A stretch of 64,000 nucleotides of DNA from Auanema rhodensis (GCA_964057225.1 OZ059899.1:6634001-6698000), one strand, 5' to 3'. Shown: positions 41,630 to 57,184, counted from the first letter of the stretch. Translations and numbers: made by a program. Notes: a model not told the origin generated them from the sequence alone.

Positions 41630-44600
41630 TTCTGAAAAATGGACCTCACAAACCGATATGTAAATAAAACACGAACATTATATGAACAGAGAAAAACAAA
41701 ATAACGAAGATTACCGGGTATTATGCTAGGTTTACTGACTTTTGTGCACCTTATCATATGATTCTCATCGTTCATGATTTTTTTAGAGACAATCTAAAGA
41801 AAACATAAGAAAATATGAAAAAATTTTTTTTTAAGATTTCAAAAACGTGGAATTTGACGTGAATTGAATAGACCGGTTGAAACTTAATTTCACGGAGAAA
41901 TGAAAAAATACGTGGTTGGAATTAAAAAAAAAGTTTGCTTGAACTCGTATACATGCATCGAAAATAAATTAGTGTAATATAACAAATCAAGGTGATTATA
42001 GAGGAAAAAATGTTGAATTTAAAACGAATCCATCGTTTGAATTCTCTAAAGATGTTAAAAAAAAGGCAACAAATTTGCTCTTAGTTGATGTTACAGCGTA
42101 AGCAAAAAAAACCCCTAGGAGCATCCCGAAAACTAGCCTATATAATAAACATTGATTAAACCTAAGCACAAATAGAGACAAACATATGCAGATAAGAAGT
42201 TAACTTTTTAACTTAAAAGGTATGAACAATGAAAATAAGGGAAAAGGAATTCGACGAAGACAACTTCAAAGAAAAAGAGTTTTTTGAATAAAAATTTAAA
42301 AAAGATCACACCATACATATACAAAAGGTAGACTTACTAATCATCATGTTCCAAAAGGTATAAAAAAGCAAATGTTCTGTCAACAACAAGCCTAATTACT
42401 TTTTTGCATTGCAGCTTGTTTTTCAACATGAGAAGTAGGAGAAAACATAAAGAAAATCCAAATAGAGAGCCAACAAATACAGAACAAAATTCATTTATAT
42501 ATACATATTCGGCCATTACTGGAAGATAAAAACGGATTAAATTGGAGGAGAGAAGGAATGAAAAGAACTATATTATCGGCAAAAACATTTTGAGCTATAT
42601 TCACACTAAAGATGATATTGAAGTCAGATTATGTAGAATCAAAGATATTTCTGAGGCAGGAAGCCAAAACAATAGGCTCGAAGAAAAATGGCTCATATGA
42701 AAAATAAACGCTTAGTCTCACCCGCTTACCTAATCCTGAGCAATCCAATCAGATTGAAATAGAAAAATCTTATGAAAGCTAAATCAATGCATTTTTCTAA
42801 TGAAACACGTTAATCCTATCATATCTATTAAGATAAGAGTTGGTGATGCAAAAAGAGGAAGATGACGACAAATCGATGTTGTTTGTTGAATGAATGCCGG
42901 CTTCTACTTTATCTTTTACTTCCTCTCCTTGTCTCGTTTTCCATTCGACGTTCTTACTTTATTTCTCTATCTGCATCGCTTTCTATCTTTTTGCCTAGTA
43001 GTTTCCACTCTTTCTATTTTCTTCCCAAAGATTTTTTTGTTGTCTTTCTTGCAGCTGAGCAAAGTAAATACGTATACAAGCATACATTCGTCCAATAAGT
43101 TGGAAGTCGAACACCATGCTTCTTGCGATGAGCTCATTGAGAAAAAGATTGTCAAGAAAAAGAACAGAGATATAGTAAGAATGAGGAGAATGTATGGCAA
43201 ACGAAATGCTTGTTTTAAACGAGAGCAAGAGAGATAGTGATTGAGATAAATAGATAGAGAGATTGAAAGAAAGAGGTTCTGAAAATCTTATGCTGAACAT
43301 CATCATAGCGAAATGCTGTTAGAGATTTGTCACGTGTTCAAAGCAGCTGGCATGTATCTTAGTTTGTAAGTATTCTTCTTAGAAAAAAATATTTTAATTT
43401 CCCAATTATAGAAGAAGAAATGGAAACACCAGTTGTTTCCGATGCAATGAAACTAAGAGGGAAAATTGTGCTAATTTGAACAGTTACCTGGAGATTGAAC
43501 TCAAAAAGTGAAGAAGCATAATACTCAGAGAATGTAAAATAAAAGCTCAACGAGATAACAACAATGAACATTCTTTAAGTCGGTTAAACTCTAAAGATGA
43601 TCAAATAATAGTTAAGCAAAAGAAATAAAATAATGTGTTATTAAAAACACAAAGGATATACAAAGAAATACAAGAATTTTTGAATTTCATGTCTAAAAGG
43701 TCATTGATATACGATGATATTTTCAATTGATAAGAGGTACAGATGAAGAAAAAAGAAAAAAGCTGAACTGAGGTGATATAAATAAATCATCACAAAATAA
43801 AAATATATCACATAATAGACAAAGTTTAACTGGAACTCAGTGGGTGGTCACGTAAGATATTAGGAACAAGTTCTTCGTTTCTTGTTGAAAGTATATGCTA
43901 TATGTTGGTATCTGGATCAATTATATCCAAGTAGAAAAATAAAAGCGAAGATGAAAAGAAATATGAAAGCTGATGAACAGGAAAATAAAGAAAATATATA
44001 CAAAACAACTACATACGTACTTCTTCGTTCAAACGTATTATATAATATTAAAAATTAATATAATAATGCTAATTATATTATTTTTATTGAGAATATGCTG
44101 TTATAAAAATAACATATGCTATTAATTTTGATTCAAAAGATTATATATCATCGGATGAAATATTCAAATAGTAAAACCAACACAAAAAGATCAATCACAA
44201 TCAATTCAATGAAAGTTTTTTTGATCATTTGTGACTAGAAATAAGGAAGAGAACAGAGAACATCCAGTAGAGAAGAGGAAAACAAAAAAGATAAAATAGA
44301 TTCATTTATAAAAATACTATAAAAGGTAATTGAAGATTATTCAATAATACGTGTAATCAGTAATTAAAGAAGAGGAATACAACATAAGGTTAAATAGAAC
44401 ATTTGGAAAAAGAAAAGGTAATGATAACAAGGACAGCGAGGAAAGAGAGGGTTATATAGATAAATTAACCACAAAATCATAAAAAAAAACAAATTGTTTA
44501 TTATAGATTATTTTGTTTATAAGAAAAAGTTATGATATAAGAATGAAAGTATGGTTAAAAGATAGAAATGAATCTCTCGCTCATGAAATTTGAGTAAAAC

Positions 44601-47600
44601 GAAAAACCATTTTGTCTTCATGATAAATCAGCTAACTTTACTATAGTTCTTTTGAAAAAGTAGATCACTAAAATTCAATTTTCTAAATGTTATTTCATAA
44701 AATAAATGAAAAGCTCTGTTAAAAGAATCAGAAAAGGATTTAAACAGTAACAGGTGAAACAAGAACGTGTTGAAAGTATATACAAACGACTAAAATTATT
44801 CAAAAAAAATATTTTGTTAGCAAAGAGGTTAATTAGGTTTAAGTTTCAGATGGATACTAACCGAAAAGATAAGATATGTTGAAATCATCATGCAACGTGT
44901 AAGAAAAATCTTATGAGAGACCAATGCAAAGAAATAGAAACAGGAAATATATCATTAGAATATCCAAAAAAAGATAAATCATAGTTTCATATAGTTAATA
45001 AAAGGCCAATGACTCGTAAATTTCAAAATGTTCAATAAATTCAAAAACAGATAAAGATATTATCAATTAAACTTTCACTTCCATGTGATTATAACCATAA
45101 AAAAGGAACTCAGAACATGAAATAGGTAGAACAAAATTTAAAAATTATTATAAGACAGTCATTATAATATAAGAAATAATCAATAAGAAAAAAATCAAAA
45201 AAAAATGATTGAAAGATATAATATTTGAAAGAGTTAGTAAGTTATAGAATGGGCGGGATGTATGTACCTTGGATAGCATGAAGATATATGGGTTTTTCCC
45301 TTATAGTTAGCATATTTAAGTGTTTTCTCAATGACAAGGGCAAGATGATTTGATAGTTGAAGTAGGGGGTCGTTCGTAAATCAAGGAACATTTTCATTTT
45401 CTATTTTATATATTTCTGAATAACAAATGATTCAAAAGAAGATTGAAAGTGAGAAAGATCAGGTTTGTTGGCAGGAGGATCAGATGATTTATCATTTTTA
45501 TAGATATTGTTTTGTTGAAAATAATACTTAAGGAATATATGATATCAATAATAATACAATAATTCAATTTTTAAGATATAGTTAATGGATGTAGTAGCCA
45601 TAATATGACTTGTAGTGCTCAATGATAGGTAATATCTTTAAATATTTTATTTCAAAACTATTTTTTATACATTCCCTCTTAATAACTTAGAGAAATCATC
45701 ATGTTTTAAAAATTTTATTTTTTAATTATTATTATTTTTATAATATTTAAATTATATATTATATATATTTGAAAATTTATAACAAATTACTCGATTAGAT
45801 ACGTAATATTAAACATAATTTATTCATCTTCATTTTAGTTTTTATATGTCTAGAAAAAAAGAATATAATAATAATAATAGAATAAATGATCTTTGATAGT
45901 TTATAAATTTATATAAATTTATATAAATATATATATATACAGATATACATATATTTATATATATAGTATAAATAACTATATATGTATGCTCATCAAGGAG
46001 AAAATTCGATTTTGCGTCCAAAAAAAAAACTTTTTTTTTCTTAAGTTCTCTCCAGTTTGTTGTCAGCAGTGTTTGAACTTGGTCATGTTTAGAACTGACT
46101 CTTTTTCATGAATTCATGTGACATGTACATGCGTGTAAGTCTTAACAAAGACCATTTTATAATTTGCTCCAGAAATGAAGTTCAACAGCACTGAATACTA
46201 TTTGGTTACTCAATGAATTGTTCTAGTGATGGTTGTTTTTCTCAAATAATAAGTATATTTTTGTTTTATTCTGTTAAAAAAACTCTGAAATTCGTTGAAA
46301 TTGAAATAACGACTGCTCTATTTTAATATTTTGATACGCATATGAATGATTTATTTAAATTAGAGATAGCATATATAGACAAGCTAGGAACTCGTATGAA
46401 TTTTTATAATATTACCATAAATTTTAAATATTCATATATATATATCTACTTTAGTTGATTTGGAATCAGAATTTTTAAAAAGGTGTTTTGAGTTAAAATG
46501 ATTATTGCATATTGTTACTCAAATGAGATTATAATAGTTTAGGCTGTAAACTTGATAGATAAGCCATATTGTAGAGTTCATTGAAAGAACAATCGGGTGG
46601 AGCTATATCAATCACATGCACCGTTACATTGATTTTCATATTAAATTAAACTTTATATATAAATATATAAAGTTTCATATATTCATATAATTTTCTAATA
46701 TATTGTTAGAAAAAAAAAGACAAAAATAGTTGCTATGTTTCCCTATTATTGTTACTATTTTGTCTAAATATTGTGTTTGAATTGAAAAAGCATTGTGATT
46801 TGACTCAAACATTCACGTGATTTTTCCATGTAGTCTAAGAGAACTTATTCTCTCAAGCGTTAGATAACTACAGAGAATTGCATGACGTCTGTTGCGAACT
46901 TGTTAAACGAGAAATTTTGTGTTCTTATACAAGAAGTTATCAATATCAGTCATCTTTCATTTGAGTTATATTACATGTCCCTTTTCTTTCTCTCTCAATA
47001 TATATTTCTTTCTCTACCTATCTCTCTGTGTATATAATGCCGTAGGCTATCTTTTCTTTCATTTATTAATTTTTATAATTTGTTACTTACAATTTGTGCA
47101 ATTTTCAAAATTTATATACTCCATGTTCCATGAAAGATATTCACAGAAAAATAGCTACAAATCTATTTTTGATGTCAAATGTTTAACTATGAACGCTTAA
47201 AAATATTTCTTGATCAACTATCTATCAATTACTCTTTCATTTTTTTCGTTATTATAGTTTTTATGAAAGGTCAGCTGATTTTTTTTGCAAAACCGGAAAC
47301 ATCTTCAGTACTCTTCACATATACTTCTAATACTACTATCTCTTTGTCTTCTTTCTCCTCTTTCTCTCATATGGTCATTTCTCTCTCATATTTTTATTTC
47401 TTTCAATCTCTTTCGTTTTAACTTTCATTTCACTTCTGTCTAATCTTTTCTTTACTCTGTTCGTTATATTGTTAGACTGTTTGGATTGAAAGAATAACGA
47501 ACTCTAATTGTTATAAGCGATGATAATATTGATTGTTTAAAGTTTCACCGCAAAAAGTTTGGTTTTTTTCCTGTTTAGTTTGTTTATATAAACTTTGGAA

Positions 47601-50600
47601 AAAAAATCATTTTTCACTGACCTTTTCAAGTGAAAAAAAGAATTATAGTATTGTTCTAACTCTTTCGTTGTCATATAGTTCTTCTTCTTTCTCTTCTTCA
47701 ATCTTCTTCTTCTTCCCTCTCTGACTATTGCACTCCAAACTTCAGAAATTTAATTTTTAACCTTTGCTGTACTGTCAGAAAAATTTTATTCCTAAAGATA
47801 TAGATATATACAATTAAAATTTTTAGTAAGTTTATCAAAATTCTAAAATTATCATGCTTATTTATATTCAGATGTGGTTAATTAAACTCAAATATGTATG
47901 TCGTTTAGGAAACTCTTTTTAAGTTTTTGACAAATTTTAGCCAATATATTTGATCAATATTGAATTTTCATTCAAAATTTCAGTTTTTGAAAGCTATATT
48001 TCTAATAATATTCTAATAATAATTAATGTATTGACGTTATATTTACAAATAATGTAACCATATTTTCTATTTTGCTTTCAAATTTGCGAAATACCAGATG
48101 ATTATGATTCACTTTTACATCTTTTGGATATCTTGAAAAATGCTCAAACATAACGTTTTTAAAATTGAAGTTTTAGTACTTTTTGAGATTATGTATATCT
48201 TCCTTGTAAAAGCTTTTTTTGTGACTTTTAGAATGGTTCGTAGGCAGTTTTGCAAGCTTTGGGCAATTTATTAAAAAGCCAAAATAATAAAAAATTTTCA
48301 TTGTAATAACAAAATACGAAAAAATATTTCATAATACAAGACTTTGACATTCTGTTTTTATGATTTGATCCTTCATTTGATGATACTCACTAGTTGTATC
48401 TTTGAATTCTCTGTAAATTTCTTGTGCTTATGTGCTATGATAAGCATTTTTAATGAAGTAAATGGAAACTAATTTTATAAAAATGAGATGTTAACTTAAT
48501 AAAATGCTACATGAAATAAGCAATGGATAAAGCTAAGTTTGGAGAACGAATGAGATAATGTAGACAAGTGCAGTCATATGCATGATGTCATATGAAGAGA
48601 AGATTGGGTCATTTGAAAAAAAAATAGTATAATAACGTTTATAACTTCTAAAATGACTCAGGTTAAAATATATTTTTATAAACTATTACTCACTAAGTAT
48701 ACATTTAGCTCGAAATATCATTATTTTGTTAAAGCAAAATGATAGTAATATCTTTGAGATATATGCTTCATTGAACAAAAAAAATCCATTTTATCTTTTT
48801 GTTTTCAAATAAAAGAATTTACAACGATGACGAGGACTCTCATGATTGTCGTCAGATAGAATTAAGAATTTGAAAGTACGTTTGAGACTCTCCCTCTCTT
48901 TAGATTCCTTCTTACTCTTTCCCTCGATACTCTCTCAATCCTTTTCTTTTCTCCTTTATTCCCTCTCTCGCGCGCCTTCTCTCTTCATTTCAAGTCATTC
49001 ATGATTGCCAAGAATCTACTTGATCCTGTTTCCTGTCCTTTCATGGATTATGCTTTCAGTCAAGGATGTCGCATTTCTGCAATATAGAAAGTGCAATGTT
49101 TTTCCTAAAAATGGCCAAAGTCCATAAATGCATCACATAGAGCAACATGCAGAAAATAGTCCCAATTTGGAAAAAAATGACATAAAACGAGAGAAACCGA
49201 TTGGACATTGGATGAAGAGAAAGCCGAGAACAAGTGCTTATATGAGAAAATTTTGAATTCTGGAAAGACTGATGCATTTACTCAATACTTTCTTCTTTGT
49301 TGCCGCCTTCTAATAAAATCTTTGGTTTTCTATTTCACTTTGCTTTCCATCAAAATTTGTCCTAAACCATTTATTTGTTTTTTTTTTGCGTTATGGTTAA
49401 AGTGTCAGATTCGTTAAGTCCAGTTCAGTATATACAAAGTATTTTACGTCAGACAATATATTGTTCGGTCCGATAGTAACTTTGTTGATTTCATCTTTTC
49501 TAATTTTTTTTTCAAAATTTGAAACTCTCTAGTTGGATATTTATTATTTCTTTATTATGTCTAGACTACATAATAATAGTTATACGTGTATATCAGATGT
49601 TTATTTTAATTTTTTGTTGAAAAAAATTTTTCTTCCACTTTTACAGTCTGAAAACAGGTTGAAGTTTCATGAAAATAAACACATTCAACAATTATTTTGA
49701 TCATTTTGAAAATATCATGTTGCATTTCTTACCCAACAGAATATAACTTTCATGGCAGTATGAGTTTTATTTTACTTATAATACACGTGTATTTTGACGT
49801 GAATTCGTTTCTATTTCTAGTTGCTGAAATGTAAAATACGGTTGTGTCTTACCATCTTAAACCTGTTTTTGGAAATGAAAAGCTCCCAATTTCGTTTGTT
49901 CATTTTAATTTCGTATAGTTAGTATTACTTTAACTTTATTAATAACTAATATTCCATATTCATTATATTAATGAGTTGTATGAAAATTATTGGCTTATCA
50001 GTATGATATGTTATTTCATTTATATATGTATAATTTTAACTTTGTTTTGCCAATATTGGACTTATCTTTCATATTTCATTCTTAAATAAAGCAAAAATCA
50101 TTTAGAGACTAGGTTATCATTATAGCTAAAGGTTTAATGATAATAGCTAAGCCTTATAATGGATAGTTCCGTCTAAACATGTACAGATTCAATATAATTT
50201 TTGTCGTTTTCTATTCTTTCTAATCAGCCTAATAATTATAAATTCGTTTTCATAAAGAAAGTAAAAGGAAAGACCATAAGCCAAACTATTTGAAGCTTAC
50301 ATTGACTAAAGCTCAAATCCAAGTAAATAGATAGCTACAGTAGTTCTTGTACAGAGAAAATGTAAGAGAGACAGCTTCACCATATGTATACACACGTGCT
50401 TCTAGCCGTATACACATGGATAGAGATAGGAGAATGCATGAGAAAAGCAAAAACTATGAAAGAAAAAGAGCAAAAGAGAGGTATTGAGGAAAAAAAAAGG
50501 GAAAATATTATGAAGCTTTCATTTCTCCTATTTCATCTATTCTCACTGGAACATTTTGAGAATGATTAGAGTTCACTTCAACCTGTTTTACCTTCAGAAT

Positions 50601-53508
50601 TTAATTGCCATATTGAAAAATGAATGATATATATTTATAAATTGTCTAAAAACATGATACTGTCAGTGATTTTTCAAACGAAAATATTCTAGCTAACCAT
50701 TTCCGCGATTGATGAGGGCTGAAATGACAAATGGAATGTGAATGGCAAAATATTGGTACATGATAGCAAAATTCTGATTCAGCTTAAACATATGTATATT
50801 CAAATAGCTTATATATCAAAATCTAGCAACAAAAAAATGAACAATTTAAAGATTTGTGCTATTGGTTACAAAGCATTCACCCATATCCTAATTTTTTTTT
50901 CTTTTCTTTTGTCAATTTTTGATCGTTAATCGACTTGGGGAGTGAAAATAGAGGGGCGGAGCCGGTTCTACGGCTGCTCCTCGTCCAAATGTCCTTTTGT
51001 TTTTCATGTTTTCCAACTTTTTTTCTCTCGCCTTCTTGTTCTTCCTCTTCTGTCCCCATTCTCATTTCATCTTCGGTTCTCTCTGCTCGTCTACGTTTTC
51101 GGCAGCTCTCCATCTACTTCAATTTCACTAAGTTCGTTCATGAAGCATATGGAGTTCTCTCTGTTTCCTCATTTCGATTCCTCTTACGTTCTAGCGCCCT
51201 CTCATGTCATCTCTCTATGTTTTACATATTCTCTGATCATGGTGTAGAACTCTTTTCATCGTTTTTAATTCAACATTTACTTTACTCGAACTTCTCCGCC
51301 TATCATATCAATCTACTCATGAATTAAAAAAAAAGAGTATAGAGAAAAAGTGTGTAGAAAAGTATAAAAATGAAAATTTTTGAAAAAAGGCTTTATGTTG
51401 AGTCGCATCAAATGTCTCTAAAAGCATTTTAATACATTTTTGGGATACTTTTCTATATTTTCAATTGTTATAATGCATATATCATTATATGTTACCCTGT
51501 TCAATTGCAAAAAACTATTTTGAATTCCGCTTCAATAAACTTTTCATTTTTAAGGAAAAATATTTTTTTTCCAAAGAACTTACCACAAATATCAGCTGAA
51601 ATGTGCAATTTGAAACCTTTTTTATTCAAATAAGATCAAAAGATGTTGCGTCGTTTCTTGAAAATTTGATTCGCCTGTTTGAGAAACAAAGTTTTTCGAA
51701 ACATCATCCTTTTCTCCTTAAAAATATTGCTCCAAAATGCTGTGAACTCGTGTTATTCGCGATATTTTCTTCCCAGCTGGATATAATTTGAAACATTGAA
51801 ATTGAAAAAAAATTTTAGCTTGTAACATAGAAGAAAACAAAATTTCTATGTTTAAAAAGGAAGAATAGAATTCAAATTTATTCTTTATTCTTCACTTTTG
51901 CACCTCTGATTTTCTTAGAAATAGCAGTTGAACATGATAAATATTTCTTTAGCATAAGCACTTCTTGCAACTAATACTCATTATTTAACTTTAAATTTTG
52001 CTTTTAAATAATTTTCCGTAAAATTCATTTTAAATGATTTACTATTATAATAATATTGCTTATAACGAATGAATTGTTGTCAATATTTGACATTTTTCAA
52101 AGTTTGTCTTCATTCACATAAATGAAGAATGACTATAATTATATAATTATAATGTGTCTAATCTTGTGTAATTAACTATATTTCTTGTCGTATTTTGCAG
52201 AACAAAAAACTTTCCTTATTTCACATCAAAATAGCTATTAATATAAGATTTATCTCTTTATACTCTTCTTTTTCCTTTTTTTTTAATCCATTTTAGCTTT
52301 GTCGTATCTTTGTTCAGCATTCAGTTTTGAGAACAGAAAGTTTTGAAACGTCAAAAAACCTAATAAAATCTGTTCTCTGAAGATCTAAGACTAAGGTCAA
52401 AACAACAAAAGTCATATGACGTGCTAAATGATAAGCTGAGCGGGTGAGAGAAAACGAAAGCCACAGGGTATGTGAGCCATGATAGGACTATGTGAATTGG
52501 CTTTCCGGCCACATGTTCTTTCGAACTTCGTATTCCCGTTCTCTTGAATATAGAAAAATATTTAAAAACAGATTTTAACTGTATTTGCTTCATTCAGTGT
52601 CTAATCTCTTGTTCCAATTCAGTGATTTGTTTGAATTTTTTTGTTGAAAAAGCAATAGAGAGAGAGCCCACACACAGACACACACACATAGATATACACA
52701 AATCATTTTAAATTTAAGATTTATACTGTAGACTATTCAATTAAATATGTTTGTGAATGATTCATTATAGTAATAAAATAAATTTAAAATGAAGTAAGTA
52801 CATATGATATATGCTTTCTCTCATTTTTTTGAATTCACACTAAAAATTTATCTGAGATTTTGCAAAAAAAAAACAAAAAAAAAGTACAAAAGTACTTTGA
52901 TTCGCATGCAAAGAAGTGTTTCTATAAAGCAGACTGAACAGAAAAAAAGGGTGAAAGACAGAAAAAAAGAAAGAAAAAGAGATATTTTAGTAATCAGAGA
53001 TAGAGAGAGTAGTAAGTATGAGAGGGGCGTCATGTGAGCTACATAGTTAACTATGTGCTTTGTAATTGTAATCGTATTTTCGCAAAAAGGTACTAACATA
53101 AATGAAAATGTTCGATGACATCAGAACATTATGATTTTTTTTTAATTTTTTTAAAACATTTCATGAAAATGTGTTTTTTTTGAAGAAAATTATATTCTAT
53201 TCAACTCTTAACTATGAACTTTTTGTTATTGAACATATGAATGTATTATTCATTCCTATAATATTATTATAGGAATATCTTGACAACGTTTCAAATTGCA
53301 TTTTGAAAGATCATATAGTTTACTGACGTACGTTAACAACAAATGATTTGAAACATCTGATAAATCTTAAACAATTCTTTATTATATTTCTTTTTATTAT
53401 TCTAAAATGATTCATTTATCTAATGGTACTGTCTGTCTATTCAATATTCTAGAAATAAGAATAAACTACATATCTAAATCAGACAGCATTTTGGTGAAAA
53501 AAAGTATA

Positions 53509-53520
53509 AGAGAAAGAGAA

Positions 53521-53582
<62 letters not shown>

Positions 53583-53597
53583 AGAGGGAGAGAGAGA
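53509..53597. repeat. (GA)n purine-rich microsatellite
   Basis: Imperfect AG repeat of about 90 nt. Confidence 0.95.
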
Positions 53598-54071
53598 ACA
53601 GTGACAAGTGCGTGAGTGGAAAAGACGGTGGGTGGAATAAGAGAAGGTTGAGTGAGGGAGTGAGAGATGGGAACGATGGATAAGCATAAGTTGTAGAACA
53701 GAAACAAAAATGTGCTAACAAATGTATTTATGTCAGAAAATGAGGCTATACATTGAAGGATGGGCAATAAAATCTAAAATAGAGAATGATCTGATTTTCA
53801 AATATTGTTTTTTCTTTCTATTTTTTTCATAACCTCATCATTTTCATATTATTTTTTAAATTTGTTTTTGACAGGCTTCTTTCATACGTCTAAAAATTAT
53901 TATTTTTTTCTGTTGAGAATGACTGCAAGATATCAATGTCGTTTTACAAACTTAAAACGTTTTGATCGTATTTTTAACTTTATATATTTTATTTTAGAAT
54001 TAAACTATTCTTTTTTATAGTTTATATGTACATCTATGTATGTATCTATGTATTTATGTATGAATGTATCT

Positions 54072-55746
54072 GTAAACAATCAAAGAATCTTTCTTTCTCA
54101 TCACTCTCTCATCTTCATATTTCTTTTGTTTTTCTTTCAAAAGCTTATTCTAGCTTGTATAATGTTTCTTTTTATTCTATTTTTTTTACTTTTAAGCGTT
54201 TCATTCAATGGTTCTCTATGATACCAATTGTATTTCTTATGCCTGTTTTGTCAGTTTTCTGAGCGAAACTGCTTTTCAAATACTCGACGACGAGCATGAG
54301 AAGAAGAAACACAAAAGACAAAAGTAAAAAAGGACAAGCTTAAAATAAAGAAGATGAAATTGCCTCCAGGCTTTTCACCCCTCAGAGAATTCGCTTGCTA
54401 TTCTCTTCCTTCCTTTTTTGGCTGATGTGTTTCTCCAACATTAGTGGATGCTTGTTTACTTCATTTCAACAAGAAATTAAGTTGATCTATCTTTTTCTTT
54501 AATTATTTCAGTTTTACTCACATATATTCCATTGTTTGTTATTCTTTGCTTTCAGTTTCATTACAATAGATCACAATTACGACTATTATTCTATGATGAT
54601 ATTCCCTTAGGTATTAAAGATTTCAACAACTTTTTTTTATCTTATATGTTCTTGAATATACTTATGTCATCATCATCATCATCATACATCAACATGTTCA
54701 TGTTTTTTTCTAAAATTACTTTCAAAGATTAGAGATGAAAATAATAGAAGAACATAAATAGGAAACTATGCATTTCATATCATCTTTAATTTTTCTTCAT
54801 TACTTTCCTTGTTTGCGTCGTCATTACGTTGTCTTTTTATAAAAATTGAAAAATTGAGATAATATGTTAAAATGATATCAGTGTTCACATTAATTCATGA
54901 GAATACAAGTAATATCTCTTACCATTTCTTTTTTTTCTTCTCTCTCACTCTCTCTAGAGCACTTTCACAATAGTATTCACCCTCGTAACTTTCACTCTTT
55001 TTCTTCTATTTTCCATCAATCGTCTAATAATGTGTTCAATGAATTTCTATATGAAAGTTCTATATTCGAATCTATCTAAATGACATTCTATTTCATATGT
55101 TGTCTGAACAAATAAACGAGTTAAAAGTTTGATTATGCGAATAGTATTATAGTTAGATGAGAATATGAGATTTGTACTTTTCTTTCAATTTTTCAAAAAT
55201 GGACATTATGTGTCTGTTCTCTCTTTCTAAGTTTGCATTTTACTTTTTTTCCTAACTCAATTCATATTTCGGCCAGTTTTTGAATAAAATTTTTTCCCTC
55301 CATTCTCCATTGACGCTCAATGTTCAGAAATCGAACATGGTGGGCAGGAAAATCAACCACGTGAATCATTTATCCAACTTCATTCGATAAAGTTCAAAAA
55401 CGGTTGCTAATGATTCCACCTCTACATCTGTTAATCTCTTTCTCTCCTACTCTCTTATACCGTCATAATCTTTTTTTTTCTTTCTCACTATTCTTTGATA
55501 TTCATACATCTCTTGCTACTTAGTTTCTCTTATACTTTCTCATCATTCCTATCGTTCTCTATCAATTTACATTCACCTCATTCTCCTTTCTATCTATTTC
55601 TGTGGCATTCACTCTCCTTCTCTTACTCCAATATACTCTCTAGATTCATTTCTTTTTCTTATTCTTCTTTTATACATGTTTATACATATATTTGCGTATT
55701 GCAGTTGACTTCTTATCACTTAGTTGTCTGTTCCTCCCTTGTTTAC
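54072..55746. promoter_or_regulatory. Three canonical FOXO/DAF-16 binding elements upstream of aakg
   Basis: GTAAACAA at 54072, TTGTTTAC at 54452 and TTGTTTAC at 55739; a GATA/DAE-like CTTATCA lies at about 55712. Confidence 0.4.
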
Positions 55747-55933
55747 TCAATTCTTAAATTTCATGAGCCGAATTCGGACAGACAAGAACTTTTATTTTAA
55801 AAACTGCTTGTAGAATGGAATAAGTCTAGACTATTATAAGTAGTAGTAGTTATCTAATAAATTTCTTTCAAGAAATAAAAACATTATTTGGCACTTTTTT
55901 TGTTTTTCTTACATCATTTTAGTTAAAAAAAAT

Positions 55934-55957
55934 TATATATATATATATATATACACT

Positions 55958-56005
<48 letters not shown>
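55934..56005. repeat. (TA)n microsatellite, interrupted
   Basis: Two TA runs separated by CACTCAC. Confidence 0.95.
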
Positions 56006-56006
<1 letters not shown>

Positions 56007-57184
56007 TAGATTATATTTGTTTTGTTTTATTCAATATTTCATATTCAAATACAAAAAAAAAGAGCTAAGAATGAGAGAAGCAAGACAAATCAGACTGAAT
56101 TTATATTCATTCTTTTTCATTCTTATTCTTTTGTTTCTCACATTTATTTTATTTATAAATAAATAACAAACTATCATTAGAATTTTTAGACTTTTAATCA
56201 ATTGTTTATACTTTTCTTTTTTTTTCTTTTTTCATCATGTGCAAATATTAATCTGAGATCAAACGAATCAGTTAACAAATGACCTTTTATACAATTCCAT
56301 AAATAAATTTTTGTCAATATTTTTCAATTTTGCAATATTTAATGTTATATGTAAGTAAAAGTGTATTTAATATTCCAATTATATTGTTATTTAACTTTGA
56401 AATGAATATTATTATTTTGTTTTCTAATTAAATATACATACATATCCATAAATGTATATTTAATTTTAAATTAAATAATTATAATAAAAACTTTTTTTTA
56501 ATAAATAAAAATATAATAATAATATTCTTCTTCTTTTATTTTTTTTTCCAATTCTTTATATGTATATAGTTAATATTAGTCGCATATTTTACAGGTTTCT
56601 TCTCATAAAATATCATTGGTTTTTCTTCGTACAAAACAATAGTTTCTATTAAAAATTGAGAATTTGCATGAAAGCATTAATAACATTTGTTCTTTATAAT
56701 ATTTTTGTCTAATAGGATAAGCTTTTCATTCTTTCATTACTTTCTTATGAGACCTTTTCAAGTGTTTTATGAAGTATTTGTCTTCTCCATAATTAAAAAA
56801 TTGCTAAATCATTGACTAACTACCCTTTTTATTTATTTTTTTCAGTCTTTCATGCAATTCTCATGATAATCTTTATCTTGTTATTTTCATTTTGATATCA
56901 GCACTCTTTATCTCTTGCTCATTTATTTCTTCTCATCTTTCTCAAAATTATCTTTCATATGCCTCGTGGCTTATTTCTTCCTCTTTTCTCTCCCTTTTAT
57001 CTTTATCTTTGTATGTGATTGTTCTTTTTGGATTTATTTGTTTTACTTGTTTTTCAACCGATGACGAATATATGTTAATAGTGAGAAATACAAGATAACT
57101 ATTCTTCTTATATTTTTCTTTCTTTTTTCTTTTTATTTGTTATAACTTAATAAACTTAACTATAACTGTTATATCTAACAGGTG

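Noticed and set aside
42862-57098. Many 60-130 aa ORFs rich in F/L/S or R/E
   Set aside because: They arise from TC/GA low-complexity DNA and microsatellites, often start at non-ATG codons, and show no splice or domain logic.
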